NCBI RefSeq assembly: GCF_006345805.1
Contig: NC_043005.1
Span: 68,014,001 to 68,078,000, forward strand
Length of the DNA stretch: 64,000 nucleotides
Reading direction: 5' to 3'
Source of the DNA: Octopus sinensis
Lineage: Eukaryota
Below the pieces are notes generated by a model. That model was not told the origin of the DNA. It was given only the letters and a program-made list of their open reading frames with translations, and ran no database searches. Shown here piece by piece: positions 40,947-53,961 of this stretch. The position numbers and the translations under genes were made by a program. How positions within the stretch are numbered: the stretch's first letter is position 1; each line of letters begins with the position of its first letter.

Positions 40947-41181
40947 AGACATGGAGAGACAAAAGGGTATTGCCATGCTGGAAGCCCAGTGCTATCGGCT
41001 AACAGAGGTGTTGAGTGAGCAGAGACTTGCTACCAGAGAAAATGTGCAACGCAAACAGGCCCGAACTGGTGAAGAACGAGAGGAATCTGATGATGAAAAT
41101 TATGAAGAGGAGGATTCTGATGATGATGAAGAAGACATTCCTTATAACCCCAAAAATTTACCTCTTGGTTGGGATGGAAAG
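40947..41181 (+). CDS. SF3A3: SF3A3 exon, 235 nt: DMERQKGIAMLEAQ...NVQRKQARTGEERE...YNPKNLPLGWDGK
   Basis: tttcag| ... |gtatgt; acidic linker plus YNPKNLPLGWDGK. Confidence 0.98.
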
Positions 41182-41932
41182 GTATGTTTGTTTGTGTATT
41201 CCGTTTTAAGGTGTGTGTGTGTTTGTGTGCATAAGAACTTGAATTTGTCTATTCTGAAGAGACCTTTAATTTCAACACCATCATTATCATCATCACCACC
41301 ATCATTTAATGTCTGTTGTCCATGATGGCATATGTTGGACGGTTTGACCAGGGCTGGCAAGCTGAGGGGCTGCACCAGATGACAGTCTGATTTGGCATGG
41401 TTTCTAAAACTGGATGCCTTCCACTCTGAGAGTTTAATGGGTGCTTTTATGTGCCACCAGCATGGGTGTCAGTTGTGTGACACCAGTATCTACTGTGACA
41501 GTGATTTTACTTGGCTTGATGGGTCTTCTTCTCAAGCACAGCATATTGCCAAAGGTCTTCGTCATCTGTCATTGCTCCCTTGAGGCCCAATGCTTGAAAG
41601 GTGCTTTTTATGTGCCACCTGCACAGGTGCCAGTTATGTGACACCGACAACATCGCTGCAATTATTATTTACTAGACTTAAGCTTTGGGTAGATCATTTA
41701 GTGGTGTGTACCTTTATCTGCAGATGTGTTTACGTCTGTGTATATGTGTGTTCCCCATGTGCATGCATATAAGTTTGTATATTACACTGTTTGTACCTGT
41801 GTCTTTTATTTAAATAAAAGACACAGGTATTTAAATAAATAAGTAAATAAATAAAAGCCAGTGGTACAGTGTAATATACAAACCAACATACACACAGACT
41901 CTCTCTCTCTCTTGCTCTGTGTGTGTGTGTGT

Positions 41933-41971
<39 letters not shown>

Positions 41972-42659
41972 ACATACTCAGGTAGAGGTGCATACCACAG
42001 TAGGAAAAAATGGAACAAGCAGAGCAAGGGGGGGACACATGGAATGGAGAATCGCTGAAAAGTCCACAGAATGTGCAATGAAAGAACTTTCATAGACATA
42101 TAATCTAAAAATAATATCGAAAAGAAAAGCTAAAGTGAAAATCAAATAAATAGTGCGCATAATTTAATTTGCAAAAAAAAAAAGAAAAAGAAATTATCAT
42201 CTCCATGTATAGCAATATACATGGCTTAGTGGTTAGAGTAATGGGCTCATAATCATGAAGTAGTGAGTTCAATTCCTGGAGCGGGCTGTGTGTTGTGTTC
42301 TTGAGCAAGACACTTTATTTCATATTGCACCAGTTAACTCAGCTGCAGACAGGACTTACGACGTCACTGGTGCCAAGCTCTATTGGGGTTTTACTTTTCC
42401 CTTGGATAATATTGGTGGCATGGAGAGGGGAGGCTGGTATACATGGGCAACTGCTGGACTTCCTTAAACAACCTTGCCCAGACTTGTGGCTTGGATGGTG
42501 ACTTTCTAGGTGCAATCCCATAGTCATTCATGGCTTAAGGGGGTCTTTACGTTTACCGTTACCATATATATACGTGTGTGTGTGTGTGTGTATAAGAATT
42601 TTTTGCGTAATGAGATAAAAAAACCCAAGGCTTTATAGATATTAGAGCATTTGTAGATA

Positions 42660-42720
42660 GAAGGTCTTACAGCTGTTTCCAGGATATTTATTAATTATAT
42701 CCCTTCATCGGAGATGGTGT
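42660..42720 (-). ncRNA. minimal type-I hammerhead-like motif within a Penelope-associated repeat
   Basis: - strand: UCU-CCGAUGA-A-GGGAUAU-loop-AUAUCCU-G-GAAAC-AGCU-GUA-AGA. Confidence 0.5.
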
Positions 42721-43845
42721 GAGAGGATGGTTAAGTAATAATTAATTTAGATAGGATACAAAATAGAGAGTGAGGTGGAGGAAAGAAAATAGATGTGAGA
42801 TATGTAGGGATATTGAATTTGTAGATATATATATATATATATATTTAAGTATATGATATGTATATAATATATATATATATATATATAATATGTTCCCAAA
42901 ATTGCAATTAATAGAAAATTCATAGCTAATTCCTCATCAGGCAATGTCCAAAAGATCATAGCAATTTCACATCAGTGATGATAATGTCCACTTTTGATAG
43001 CACCATTGGTAATAGCTAACGAACATTAAAGAATATAACAAGAACAAATATGACAAAATAATTATACCTATACAATGAGAAAAGCTAGACAGATACACAT
43101 ACATATGTATATTTGTGTTTATATCAGTGTGTGCTTGTGTTTGTGCTCTCCACGGTTTGACAATCAGTGTTGGTTTGTTTACATCCTCATAAATTAATAG
43201 TTTGTCAGAGAAAGAGACTGATAGAATAAGTACCAATTTTATAAAATATATACTGGGTGCGATTTGTTCAATGACTCTTCAAAGCACTGCCCCAGCATGG
43301 CTGCAGTCCAATGACTGAAACAAGCAGAAGATAAATGCTGTGTCATGTGGTGTTCATTCATATTATTTTTTTTTCAAGTATTGATTTATTTTTATTAGAC
43401 ACTAAACCAAATTTGGGAGTTGGTGGAGTATGAGGGGGTCCTTCTGACAGTAATTTAACCTATTTGAACTAGCAGGTAATTTGCTGTCAAACCTCACTCT
43501 TCCATCTTAAAAAAGGGAGAAACACTTTGGATAATGTATTTCTAGGTACAGTGTATTTGATAAATTAATGTCTGTTTGATGAAGGCTACTCTGAGTTTAA
43601 ACAAGAACATTAAATATTTTATTGGCTTTGAGTGAGGAAAAGTGAATTGAGCTGTAAAAGAGACAAAGCTGAAAACATTGGAATAATCAGTTGTTGGTTG
43701 TTTTTTTGTTTTGTTTTTGGCTTTAATCAACTATTATGGAGCTCATATTAATATGTTTTAAATTGGCTTTGTATGTTTAGATTTTCGGTGGCTTTTTTCT
43801 TAACATCTGAACTCTAATTGAACTACAAGAATGTTTACTCTCAAT

Positions 43846-44090
43846 CAGTGGTTCACAACTGGGGTCTGTATGGCCATCGGGGCAGGGTCTGCATAAGATT
43901 CTGTTGTTAAAATTTATTGGCTATAAATTGGTTATACTTCTACAATAAACATGAAGTTAATTTTTTTAATGCAATACCTAATGTTATTTGATTATAAAAA
44001 TATAATAGAACTTTTTAAACATCGAATGGCAATGAGAGTCCATCTGAGTAAAAATAGGAATCAAAGGGGTTCATAGGTGAAAAAGGGTAC
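43846..44090. mobile_element. hAT-like MITE fragment
   Basis: cagtggttcacaactggggtc left end; right TIR not intact. Confidence 0.4.
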
Positions 44091-45068
44091 TTTGAAGTGC
44101 ACGTTATCCTCAGACATCATGCTCACTTTATAGCTTTGTTCCTGGTTCTTCCAACTAATGTGCAGTCTACTACAAAATACTTTTAAGTTATTCCATCTAA
44201 ACCATATTTAAGTTATTGACTCTATTGCAGTATGTTGGTGATGTTGTGTAAAAGAACACTGCCATTACCATATTTCCATGCATGATAGGGTGCTGAAAAG
44301 TTCTTGGCTTTGGATAAAAGAAAATACAGGAAGATCAGTTAATTTTGATTTTATTCAACATATTCCCCTCTCAGATTCATACACTTATTGCAATGGTCCT
44401 TCATTTTTTCTAAGCCCTGTAAAAGAACTCGGAAGGCTGGGCCTCTAATCAGGCCATTCAAGATACCCTTAAAGCCAGGACATTTTCAGCACTCCCTTGT
44501 AAGGTCAGATTGTATTCAGGAAGCTGAGTCTCAGATCTGCATGAAATTAAAGTGTTAAAGCCCAAATCTCATATATTTAGAAAGTTAATGGTTATGATGG
44601 TAATGAGGTTCAGTTTGCCTTCTTGGTGTGGTGCCTATTTTACTTTAGCCTTTAAGTATCAGATCTATCTTAGACCAACTCCATTTGTTTTACATATTTA
44701 ATTCTTTAGCATTTAAACAGGCCACATCTGTTCTAATTATTTCACCTGTTTTATATTCAAATTGGCCAGATCCAGCCTCTCACTCTAATCCTACAATCAT
44801 GTCACTGAAATCTCAGAGCTACAAGACAGTACACGATCAACTCAAAACAATATGAATATATAAGCAATAGATTTGACAGATTAATCTGAATACTAAAGGG
44901 TTAAGGTGTACCCATTTAAACGGACTCAGTTAATGTCTAATTCTTGATTTGTCACCAAAAAGCATGGTTGACTCTCGTGATTTCATTTCAAACTGTTGAG
45001 TTGTGTTTCTCAGATGGTGTGCCACAAGCGGTAACTGGCTATGTTACAGCGTTTTAATAATAATAATA

Positions 45069-45074
<6 letters not shown>

Positions 45075-45101
<27 letters not shown>

Positions 45102-45478
45102 AAGGTGAAGTTGTGTGTGTATGGCAGGTTTGGTAGCCTTCAACTAACACTATCTCCTCCGATACCCTGCTGTGCAAGTTGACCAAAATTAAGAGTATGA
45201 TAGAAGGCTTGCTCTTCCTTCCGTAGAAGAAAAAATTCAAATCGGACTATGTTAACACCAAAAATTATTTACATCAAAAAGGTGCTTTTTTTCTATGAAA
45301 ATCCCTATTTTTTACGATTTTTTTTTACTGCTGTGTTGCCATTTTTCGGTGTATTTCAACCAGAAAAATGTTCACTTAAAGAGAATAACAAGCTACATAA
45401 TGCAAAATTTTTACTTTTCAAAAATTCCAATTCTAAAGGGTCGAAACAAACCCGAGCATCGCCGGGCGATACTGCTAG
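45075..45478 (+). mobile_element. non-autonomous Helitron, same family as 26582-26978
   Basis: shared body, cccgagcatcgccggg...CTAG|T; 5' end lost in (TA)n. Confidence 0.8.
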
Positions 45479-46364
45479 TGTAATAATAAGGCTTAATGAA
45501 ATCCATGCTAATGTTGATTATTTTGAGAAACGGATTACTCATAATTTTGTTATATACACAAATGTAACTAACCAAAACACAGCATGCATTCTATATTTTT
45601 CTAAATCTTAAAATTTAAAACACAGTTTATTATTATTATTTTTTTTTTTTTTTCCTTTTCATTTTAAAGTGCATCAGTAATTTTTAACTTTTCATTTGAA
45701 AATATGCTAGAAAGTTTTTGTATAATCTCCAATGCATACTACAAAGTCAGAAATGAGATTGAGATCTACTGCTGCAGAGAGAGAGACTAACTAAATATTA
45801 TAAATTATTTAGTTCATTGCTTTACTATTTCTGCCATTCCATCACTCTGATATTAATAATAGCAGCAAGCTAATTCCATTCTTTGAAAGGCTTAAAAAAA
45901 ACATAACAATAGTTCAAATTTCTTTGTGTTTTTTTTTTCTGTCTCCACCTTTTTCTTTTGTTTTCTCTATCTCTGTGGGAGTATTCTCACACCTTATTAT
46001 AATTATCTAGCTGTCATGACATTTTCCAATAGTTTTTCCCCCCTCTTCACTTCACTTTTTTTTTCCTAGCATTCCTTTGACAGCTGTTATCCCCACTTTT
46101 CCTAATTAAGATTGACTAACAGAACACAGATGGCTTCAAGCCATTTATAGTCTTTCATTCAAGATGGGAGATTGAATAAAAGGATAATGGAAAAGACATT
46201 TCTTTTCATCCTGTATTGAACTCTTTCTCTTCCATTTTTCCATGGGCATGCTACTCTATATATATTTATTTTCATATACATGCATATGTGTGTGTATCTC
46301 TGTGTCAGTGTGCACACCTATTTGTGTGTGTGTATGCATGTATATATATATATATATATATATA

Positions 46365-46524
46365 TACAAGTAATGAGAGAGAGTTCACATGTGGTCACTC
46401 TAACGCTAGATATAGATCCACGAAGGGAATCCACCACTAAAGAATTGTTTAGTGGTGGTTTCCCTTCGTGGATCTATATCTAGCGTTAGAGTGACCACAT
46501 GTGGACTCTCTCTCATTACTTGTA
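46365..46524. repeat. 160-bp near-perfect palindrome, TA at both ends
   Basis: about 76-bp arms with 2 mismatches, short loop. Confidence 0.95.
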
Positions 46525-46630
46525 TTAATAATTTTTACTGTATCCCAGTTTTTATACGCTAGGCCACTTGGTGTTTTAAATTGATGTTATTAATTAATAT
46601 TCAATTTTTTCACCCTTATTGTGATTCATG

Positions 46631-46661
<31 letters not shown>

Positions 46662-47027
46662 GCACACATATATAATACATATGCACATACACATATATAC
46701 ACATGAATGCATTCATACAGTTAATACCTGGGTTGTAAACAATTTATATTGTTATATGTCTGATCTGTAAGTCATTACTGTTATGTAATAATAATAATAA
46801 TAATAATAGTAATCCTTTCTACTATAGGTACAAGGCCTGAAATTTTTTAGGGGAGGGGACTAGTCGATTACATCAACCCTAGTACTCAACTAGTACTTAA
46901 TTTATCGACCCCAAAAGCATGAAAGGCAGAGTTGACCTCAGCGGAATTTGAACTCAGAGTGTAGTGACAGCTGAAATATGGCCAAGCATTTCACCCAGTG
47001 TGCTAACGATTCTGCCAGTTTGCCACC

Positions 47028-47072
<45 letters not shown>

Positions 47073-47400
47073 GTTGTCGTAGTCGTCGTCGTTTCTATTA
47101 TAGGCAAAGGCTCAAAATTTTGGGGGAGAAGGCTAGTTGGTTATATTGCCCCCAGTGCTTGACTGGTACTTATTTTGTTGATCCCGAAAGGATGAAAGTA
47201 ATAATAATAATCTTTTCTACTAAAAGAACAAAGCTTGAAATTTTGCAGGAAGGGGCATTGATCCCAATGTTTCACTGGTACTTAATTTATTGACCCTAGG
47301 CATAACACCAACATGAACTTCTAACTTGTTGTCTCTTGAGGTCTCTGGGTGAGACTTGGAACCAACTTGTACGAATACAAAGCATAAGTCAAACATATAA

Positions 47401-47657
47401 AAAATAGATGTGCCCTTTTAAAGCCTAGCCAGGCTTATGGGGCCCGGTTTCCCGGTTTCAATGGTGTATGTGTTCCCCAGCTGGATGGGATGCCAGTCCA
47501 TCACAGCATTACTCATTTTTACCAGTTGAGTGGACTTGAGCATTGTGAAATGAAGTGTTTTGCTCAAGAACACAACGCATCGCTCGGTCCAGGAATCAAA
47601 ACCACAATCTTACGATCATGATGCTGACAACCCAACCACTAAGCCACGCGCCTCCAC
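47401..47657 (-). mobile_element. tRNA-derived SINE (CORE-like) with 15-bp TSD
   Basis: aagtcaaacatataa at 47386-47400 and 47658-47672; related head at about 42220-42555 (+). Confidence 0.85.
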
Positions 47658-48100
47658 AAGTCAAACATATAATATAATAATCCTTTCTAGTAAAAACACA
47701 TTGACCCTAGTGTTTCACTGGTACATAATTTATTGACCCTGAAAGAATGATAGGCAAAGTTGACCTCAGCAGTATCTGAACTCAGAACTTAGATAGACAA
47801 AATTCCTCTAAGCATTTTGCCCAGCATACTAACGATTCTGCCAGCTTGCTGCCTTAATAGAAAGAATAATCATCATCATCATCGTTTAACGTCTGCTTTC
47901 CATGCTAGCATACTCTTTACTCTTTTACTTGTTTCAGTCATTTGACTGCGGCCATGCTGGAGCACTGCCTTTTAGTCAAGCAGATCGACCCCGGGACTTA
48001 TTCTTTGTAAGCCCAGTACTTATTCTATCGGTCTCTTTTGCCGAACCGCTAAGTGACGGGGACATAAACACACCAGCATCGGTTGTCAAGCAATGCTAGC

Positions 48101-48145
<45 letters not shown>

Positions 48146-49752
48146 GTTTTTAAATTTTGGCACTGGCCAGCCATTTTGATGGTACAGGTAAATTGATTAC
48201 ATCAACCCAGTGTTCAACTGGTACTTATTTTATTAGCTCTGGAAGGACGAAAGGCAATATCAACCTTGGCTGAATTTGAGTTCAGAGCATAAAGATTGAT
48301 GAAATGCTACCAAGCATTTTGTCCTGCATGCTAATGACTCTACCAGTTTACTGCCTTTAATGATGATTATGGTGATGGTGGTGTCAGCAGTGGCAGTGGT
48401 TGTTGTTATTTTAAGGCACCGAGCTGGCAGAGTTGTTAGCATGCTGGGTGAAATGTTTAGCAGCATTTCGTGCATCTTCATGTTCTGTGTTCAAATGCTG
48501 CTGGGGTCAGCTTTGCTTTTCATCTTTTTGGGGCTGAAAAATTAAGTACCAGTTGAGTACTGTGGTCGATGTCATTGACTCGCCCCTTCCCCAAAATTTC
48601 AGGTCTTGTGTCTTTAGTAGAAAGTATTATTATTATTATTATCATTATTATTATTATTTTTGACTTTTGCTTTGTATTCGTACAAGTTGGTTCCAAGTCT
48701 CATCCAGAGACCTCAAGAGACAACAAGTTAGAAGTTCACATTAATGTTATGTATAGGGTATCATATATTTTGTTTTGCTCATAGTATTATTCTAGAGAAT
48801 GTTTAAGAAAACATAAGAAGATTATAAGTTTGTTTTAAAATTTGAGATTTCACAGACAGTATTTTACTTAGGATATGGGCAGTTCCCATGAGCACTATCT
48901 TTTGAATTTCTGCCATTTTGGGGTTTCCTGGTATCTGAGCTAGGTAGCCCCTTTTGCTATCATTCCTAGAGCACCTATAACAGCACCTCTATCCCATCTC
49001 TAACTATATGTATATATAAATGTATATATATATGAGTAGCTGACTGCTGTACGGGTTGTGTTTGTCAAATTGCAATCACAGCGCTAAGCATCCGTGCTAG
49101 TGGAGCACTAAGAGCACTATCTGAGCATGATCGTTGCCAGAGTAGCTGACTAGCTTCCGTGCTGGTGGCATGTAAAAAGCACCATTTGAGCGTGATCGTT
49201 ACCAGTGTTGCCTTACTGGCACTTGTGCCAGTGGCATGTGAAAAAACATTCGAGCAAGGTCGTTGCCATTGCTGCTGGACTGGCTACTGTGCAGGTGGCA
49301 CGTAAAAACACCATTTGAGCATGGCTGTTGCCAGTACCGCCTGACTGGCCCTCGTGCCGGTGGCATGTAAAAGCACCCACTACACTCTCGGAGTGGTTGG
49401 CGTTAGGAAGGGCATCCAGCTGTAGAAACTCTGCCAGATCAGATTGGAGCTTGGTGCAGCGATCTAGTTCGCCAATCCTCTATCAAATCGTCCAACCCAT
49501 GCCAGCATGGAAAGCAGATGTTAAATGATGATGAATGATAAGGGTATTGGTCAAGTCAATCCATGATATATTAGAAGACTCTCATCTATGGCTGTTGCAC
49601 AGTGTTGTCAAACCTGGAACTTTGTGATTGCAGAGAAAAAAAAACTTCTTAACCACACTATATATTTGATATTTCAGAAAAGAAATATGCTTGGTTGAAA
49701 ATTTTAAATTCATACATAAGTTCTCATCGCTATAGTAACCAATTAAAAACTA

Positions 49753-49790
<38 letters not shown>

Positions 49791-49895
49791 TTATATATTG
49801 CAGAGTAGATTTGGATGTTGTGAATGAATGATGCTGGTGCTGCTGGCTTGGCTGGTGTTGGTGATAGCTAAATAGCTGGGGATGGAGGAAATATA

Positions 49896-49933
<38 letters not shown>

Positions 49934-50722
49934 AGAAACGAAAACTGCATCGGCTTGTTTATGATTGCTGATAAATCAAATGAAATGAAATCAGTCTCTG
50001 TGTGAGTAGTTTTATATGGCTTCTCTCTTCTCAGCCACAGTTACCACTGTTCAATAAGGCTTCTTGACTTTCTTTTTGTGGTTCAGAACTTTTTCTCTAG
50101 ATTGCTGACACATGTCGTTTATGTATTTGAGTTGGCTGATTTGTTCCATTAGGTAAATTGATTTTGATATATCGCCCATAAAGTGCTACAACATAGAAAT
50201 ACCTTCTTTTTAATGGCCACCCCTACCATACACACACTTACGCTATATATTACCACCACCACTGCCATCACTATCACACAACTGTTAATGCTATATGACA
50301 GATATTTTCATGGAATATGTTATGAAGTCTAGCCACCCCTCCTACTTGGATCATTAATTTTCACTACCTCTTGTAGTTTCTTTTTCTTCTTTGTCTATTC
50401 GTTCCAACACCACTTGTCACTTTCAGTTAATTACGAAGAAAAGAAAAGATATATTTTAATTACGCTTACTGTAGATGATATTGATGATGATGATAATTAT
50501 GATAATTATTTTTTATGAAGGTTTTTGGATTTCTGTTTTTTTATTTTGTCTTTTTCTTTTAATTTTTCTTTTTTTTTTCTGTCATGGAAATGGTGAAATA
50601 AATTGTTGTAATATATCAGCATTGAACATAATGCAGTGATGGTCAAGACTTATACAATTCTGAAATTTCTAAATATAAGCAGAAACTGTATTGTGGGTAC
50701 AAGAGTAGGTAATAATAAAAAT

Positions 50723-52918
50723 AACAGGAGCACTCGGAGAGCACAAACCTCTGCGAAGGCAACACCAACGTCCTCTCAACAATTAGCCAGAGATGATTTT
50801 TAAAAGGAGAATATCTGAAATAAACTCGACTGCTCTCATAAATGAGAATACTAAAAAACAAACCCGACCACTCTCAAAAATTAAGTAAAAAGATCTGGTA
50901 AAATAATCTAGAAACCATGTCTGGTACCTGACTGATCCCAATGGTAGTCATGGAATTGAAGGTGGCTGTAGAAAATTTAGTAATGATAATAAATAGTTTA
51001 GCCAAAGTTAACAAATTCACCATTCAAAATAGTTTACAGCCTCTAGGGAATTAATTGAGAAAGACTTAGAAGTTAAGGTAAGATTGTAATCATCATCATC
51101 ATCATCATCATCGTTTAACGTCCGCTTTCCATGCTAGCATGGGTTGGACGGTTCAACTGGGGTCTGGCAAGCCCGAAGGCTGCACCAGGCCAGTCAGATC
51201 TGGCAGTGTTTCTACAGCTGGATGCCCTTCCTAACGCCAACCACTCCGAGAGTGTAGTGGGTGATTTTATGTGCCACCGACACAGGTGCCAGACGAGGCT
51301 GGCAGACGGCCACGCTCGGATGGTGTTTTTTATGTGCCACCGACACAGGTGCCAGACGAGGCTGGCTGACGGCCACGCTCGGATGGTGTTTGTTACGTGC
51401 CCTCAGCACGGAGGCCAGTCGTTGCGGTACTGGCTACGATCACGTTCGGATGGTTTTCTTATGTGTCACTGGCACTGGTACCACAAGGATACAAATTCCA
51501 TTGATGTTCATCTATTTTGATTTGGTTCGATTTGATTTGATTTGATTCGATTCGATTCTCACTTGCCTCAACAGGTCTTCACAAGTGTCACAAGAAGGAA
51601 GGTATGCACAGGTGGACTGACTACGTCCCAGGTAGGGGCCACGGATTATGGCTTCACTAGTCTTGCCGGGTCTTCTCACGCACAGCATACTTCCATAGGT
51701 CTCGGTCTCTAGTCATTTCCATGGTGAGACCTAACGTCCGAAGGTCGTGCTTCACCACTTCATCCCAGGTTTTCCTCGGTCTACCTCTTCCACGGGTTCC
51801 CTCAACTGCTAGGGATTGGCACTTTCTCACACACCTATCTTCATCCATTCTCGCCACATGACCATACCAGCGCAATCGTCTCTCTTGCACACAACAACTG
51901 ATGCTTCTTAGGTACAACATTTCTCTCAAGGTACTAACGCTCTGTCGAGTAAGTACACTGACATTACACATCCATCGGAGCATACTGGCTTCGTTCCTCA
52001 CAAGCTTACGCATGTCCTCAGCAGTCACGGCCCATGTTTCACTGCCATGTAGCATAGCTGTTCGTACACATGCATCATACAGTCTGCCTTTTACTCTGAG
52101 CGAGAGGCCTTTAGTCACCAGCAGAGGTAAGAGCTCCCTAAACTTTGCCCAGGCTATTCTTATTCTAGCAGTTACACTTTCAGCGCACCCGCCCCCACTA
52201 CTGACTTGGTCACCTAGATAGCGGAAGCTATCAACTACTTCTAGTTTTTCCCCCCGGAAAGTGACGGAAGTTGTTTTCTGCAGATTTTCGGAGGTCAATG
52301 CTCCAGAGCATCTGCCACATACAAAAACTATCTTCCCAGTTAGCCTACCTTTGACATTGCTGCACCTCTTATGTGTCCATAGCTTACACTGGGTACATCT
52401 TATAGAGTTTCTACCTACACCTTTTCTACAGATCGAGCAGGGCCATCTTCCTGAGGATATTTGTGGATTTTCTAACTTTCTACTTATTAGTACTTTGGTT
52501 TTAGCTAGGTTGACTCTAAGGCCCCTCGATTCTAAACCCTCCTTCCACACCTGGAACTTCTCCTCCAGTTCTGATAGTGACTCAGCGATTAGAGCGAGGT
52601 CGTCAGCATAGAGGAGCTCCCAGGGGCAACCTGTCTTGAATTCCTCCACAATTGCCTGGAGGACTATGATAAATAGGAGGGGGCTGAGTACTGAACCCTG
52701 GTGGTAATCATGTAAAGTAAATATAACAAATAATCCAGAATCCTTATCCAGTACTGGATTGATCCCAAAATCTAATCCGTTTGTCCCAGTCATGAGGCCA
52801 AACATCCCTGAAAGTTTCATCTGAATCCATCAAGAGGTTCTTGAGATATCTTGTCCATGGACAAACAAACAAACACAACTTGAAAACATAACCTCCGCCC
52901 TAGCGAAGGTGGAGGTAA
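50723..52918 (-). mobile_element. non-autonomous Helentron/DINE-1-like (HINE) element split by the RTE insertion
   Basis: 5' hairpin acctccaccttcgctagggcggaggt then (GTTT)n; 3' end ccttcgcagaggtttgtgctctccgagtgctc; halves at 52704-52918 and 50723-51093. Confidence 0.6.
51094..52703 (-). mobile_element. 5'-truncated RTE-clade LINE with intact ORF remnant (RT C-terminal half, PHD-like Cys/His insert), repeat-bearing 3' UTR and (GAT)n tail
   Basis: HQGSVLSPLLF, WELLYADD, YLGDQVSSGGGC, WYGHVARM, GRPRKTW; 349 codons from 52703 to 51657 uninterrupted; TSD gtaatcat at 51086-51093 and 52704-52711. Confidence 0.95.
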
Positions 52919-52940
52919 AAATAAAGCAAAAACAAAGAAA

Positions 52941-53340
52941 ACAGGAGTGGCTGTGTGGTAAGTAGCTTGCTAACCAACCACATGGTTCCGGGTTCAGTCC
53001 CACTGCGTGGCATCTTGGGCAAGTGTCTTCTGCTATAGCCCCGGGCCGACCAATGCCTTGTGAGTGGATTTGGTAGACGGAAACTGAAAGAAGCTTGTCG
53101 TATATATGTATATGTATGTGTGTGTTTGTGTGTCTGTGTTTGTCCCCCTAGCATTGCTTGACAACCGATGCTGGTGTGTTTATTTCCCCATCACTTAGCG
53201 GTTCGGCAAAAGAGACTGATAGAATAAGTACTGGGCTTACAAAGAATAAGTCCTGGGGTCGATTTGCTCAACTAAAGGCGGTGCTCCAGCATGGCTGCAG
53301 TCAAATGACTGAAACAAGTAAAAGAGTAAAGAGTAAGAGT
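52941..53340 (+). mobile_element. tRNA-derived SINE family A
   Basis: aggagtggctgtgtggtaag head, (AAGAGT)n-like tail. Confidence 0.9.
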
Positions 53341-53961
53341 AAACTAAATATACAAAGAACTCACCTTGTAGCTTATATAAACAATCTTGCGAAACATTAA
53401 GTTTGTCAATGCTACATGTCCAATTTCATAAATAGGGTCACAAAGATTGGATCCAAAGGAAATTTGACCAATCGTAGGTATTGCTGTGTGGTAAGAAGCT
53501 TGCTTCCCAACTACATGATTCTGGGTTCAGTCTCACTGCATGCTGCCTCGGGCAAGTGTCTTATACTGTAGGCTAAGGCCAACCAAAACCTTGTAAGTGG
53601 ATTTTGTAGATGGAAACTGAAAGGAGCCACTTGTGTGCGCATGTGTGTTTACATGTATGTTTATGTGTTTGTGTTTGTTTAATTGAAATGACTGAATAAT
53701 GACATGAATACATAGAGAGTGGGGAGATAGTTTTACTCTATTATAAATTTATTTTTATATTACTTGTAAATGGAAGGTGTGGAATCAACTCAAGAATCTG
53801 TTTTGGCTTTTCACTTGTGGAACAAACATATCCTTCTTTGATGATGATTATAATCCAAAAATTACTTTAGAGCTAGACTAAATATGTATTGTATAAAATT
53901 AACATTTCTGTGGTAGGAAATTCATTGCATACTATTAATTTTATCCTTTGTATTTCCTCAG

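Noticed and set aside
49750-49950. Antisense exon or ORF between two long poly-A runs
   Set aside because: A - strand acceptor-like tract exists but there is no donor and no recognisable protein; the ORF is mostly homopolymer-derived Phe
51657-52820. 387-aa antisense host gene
   Set aside because: It is a truncated RTE ORF fused by chance to 39 codons of a flanking repeat
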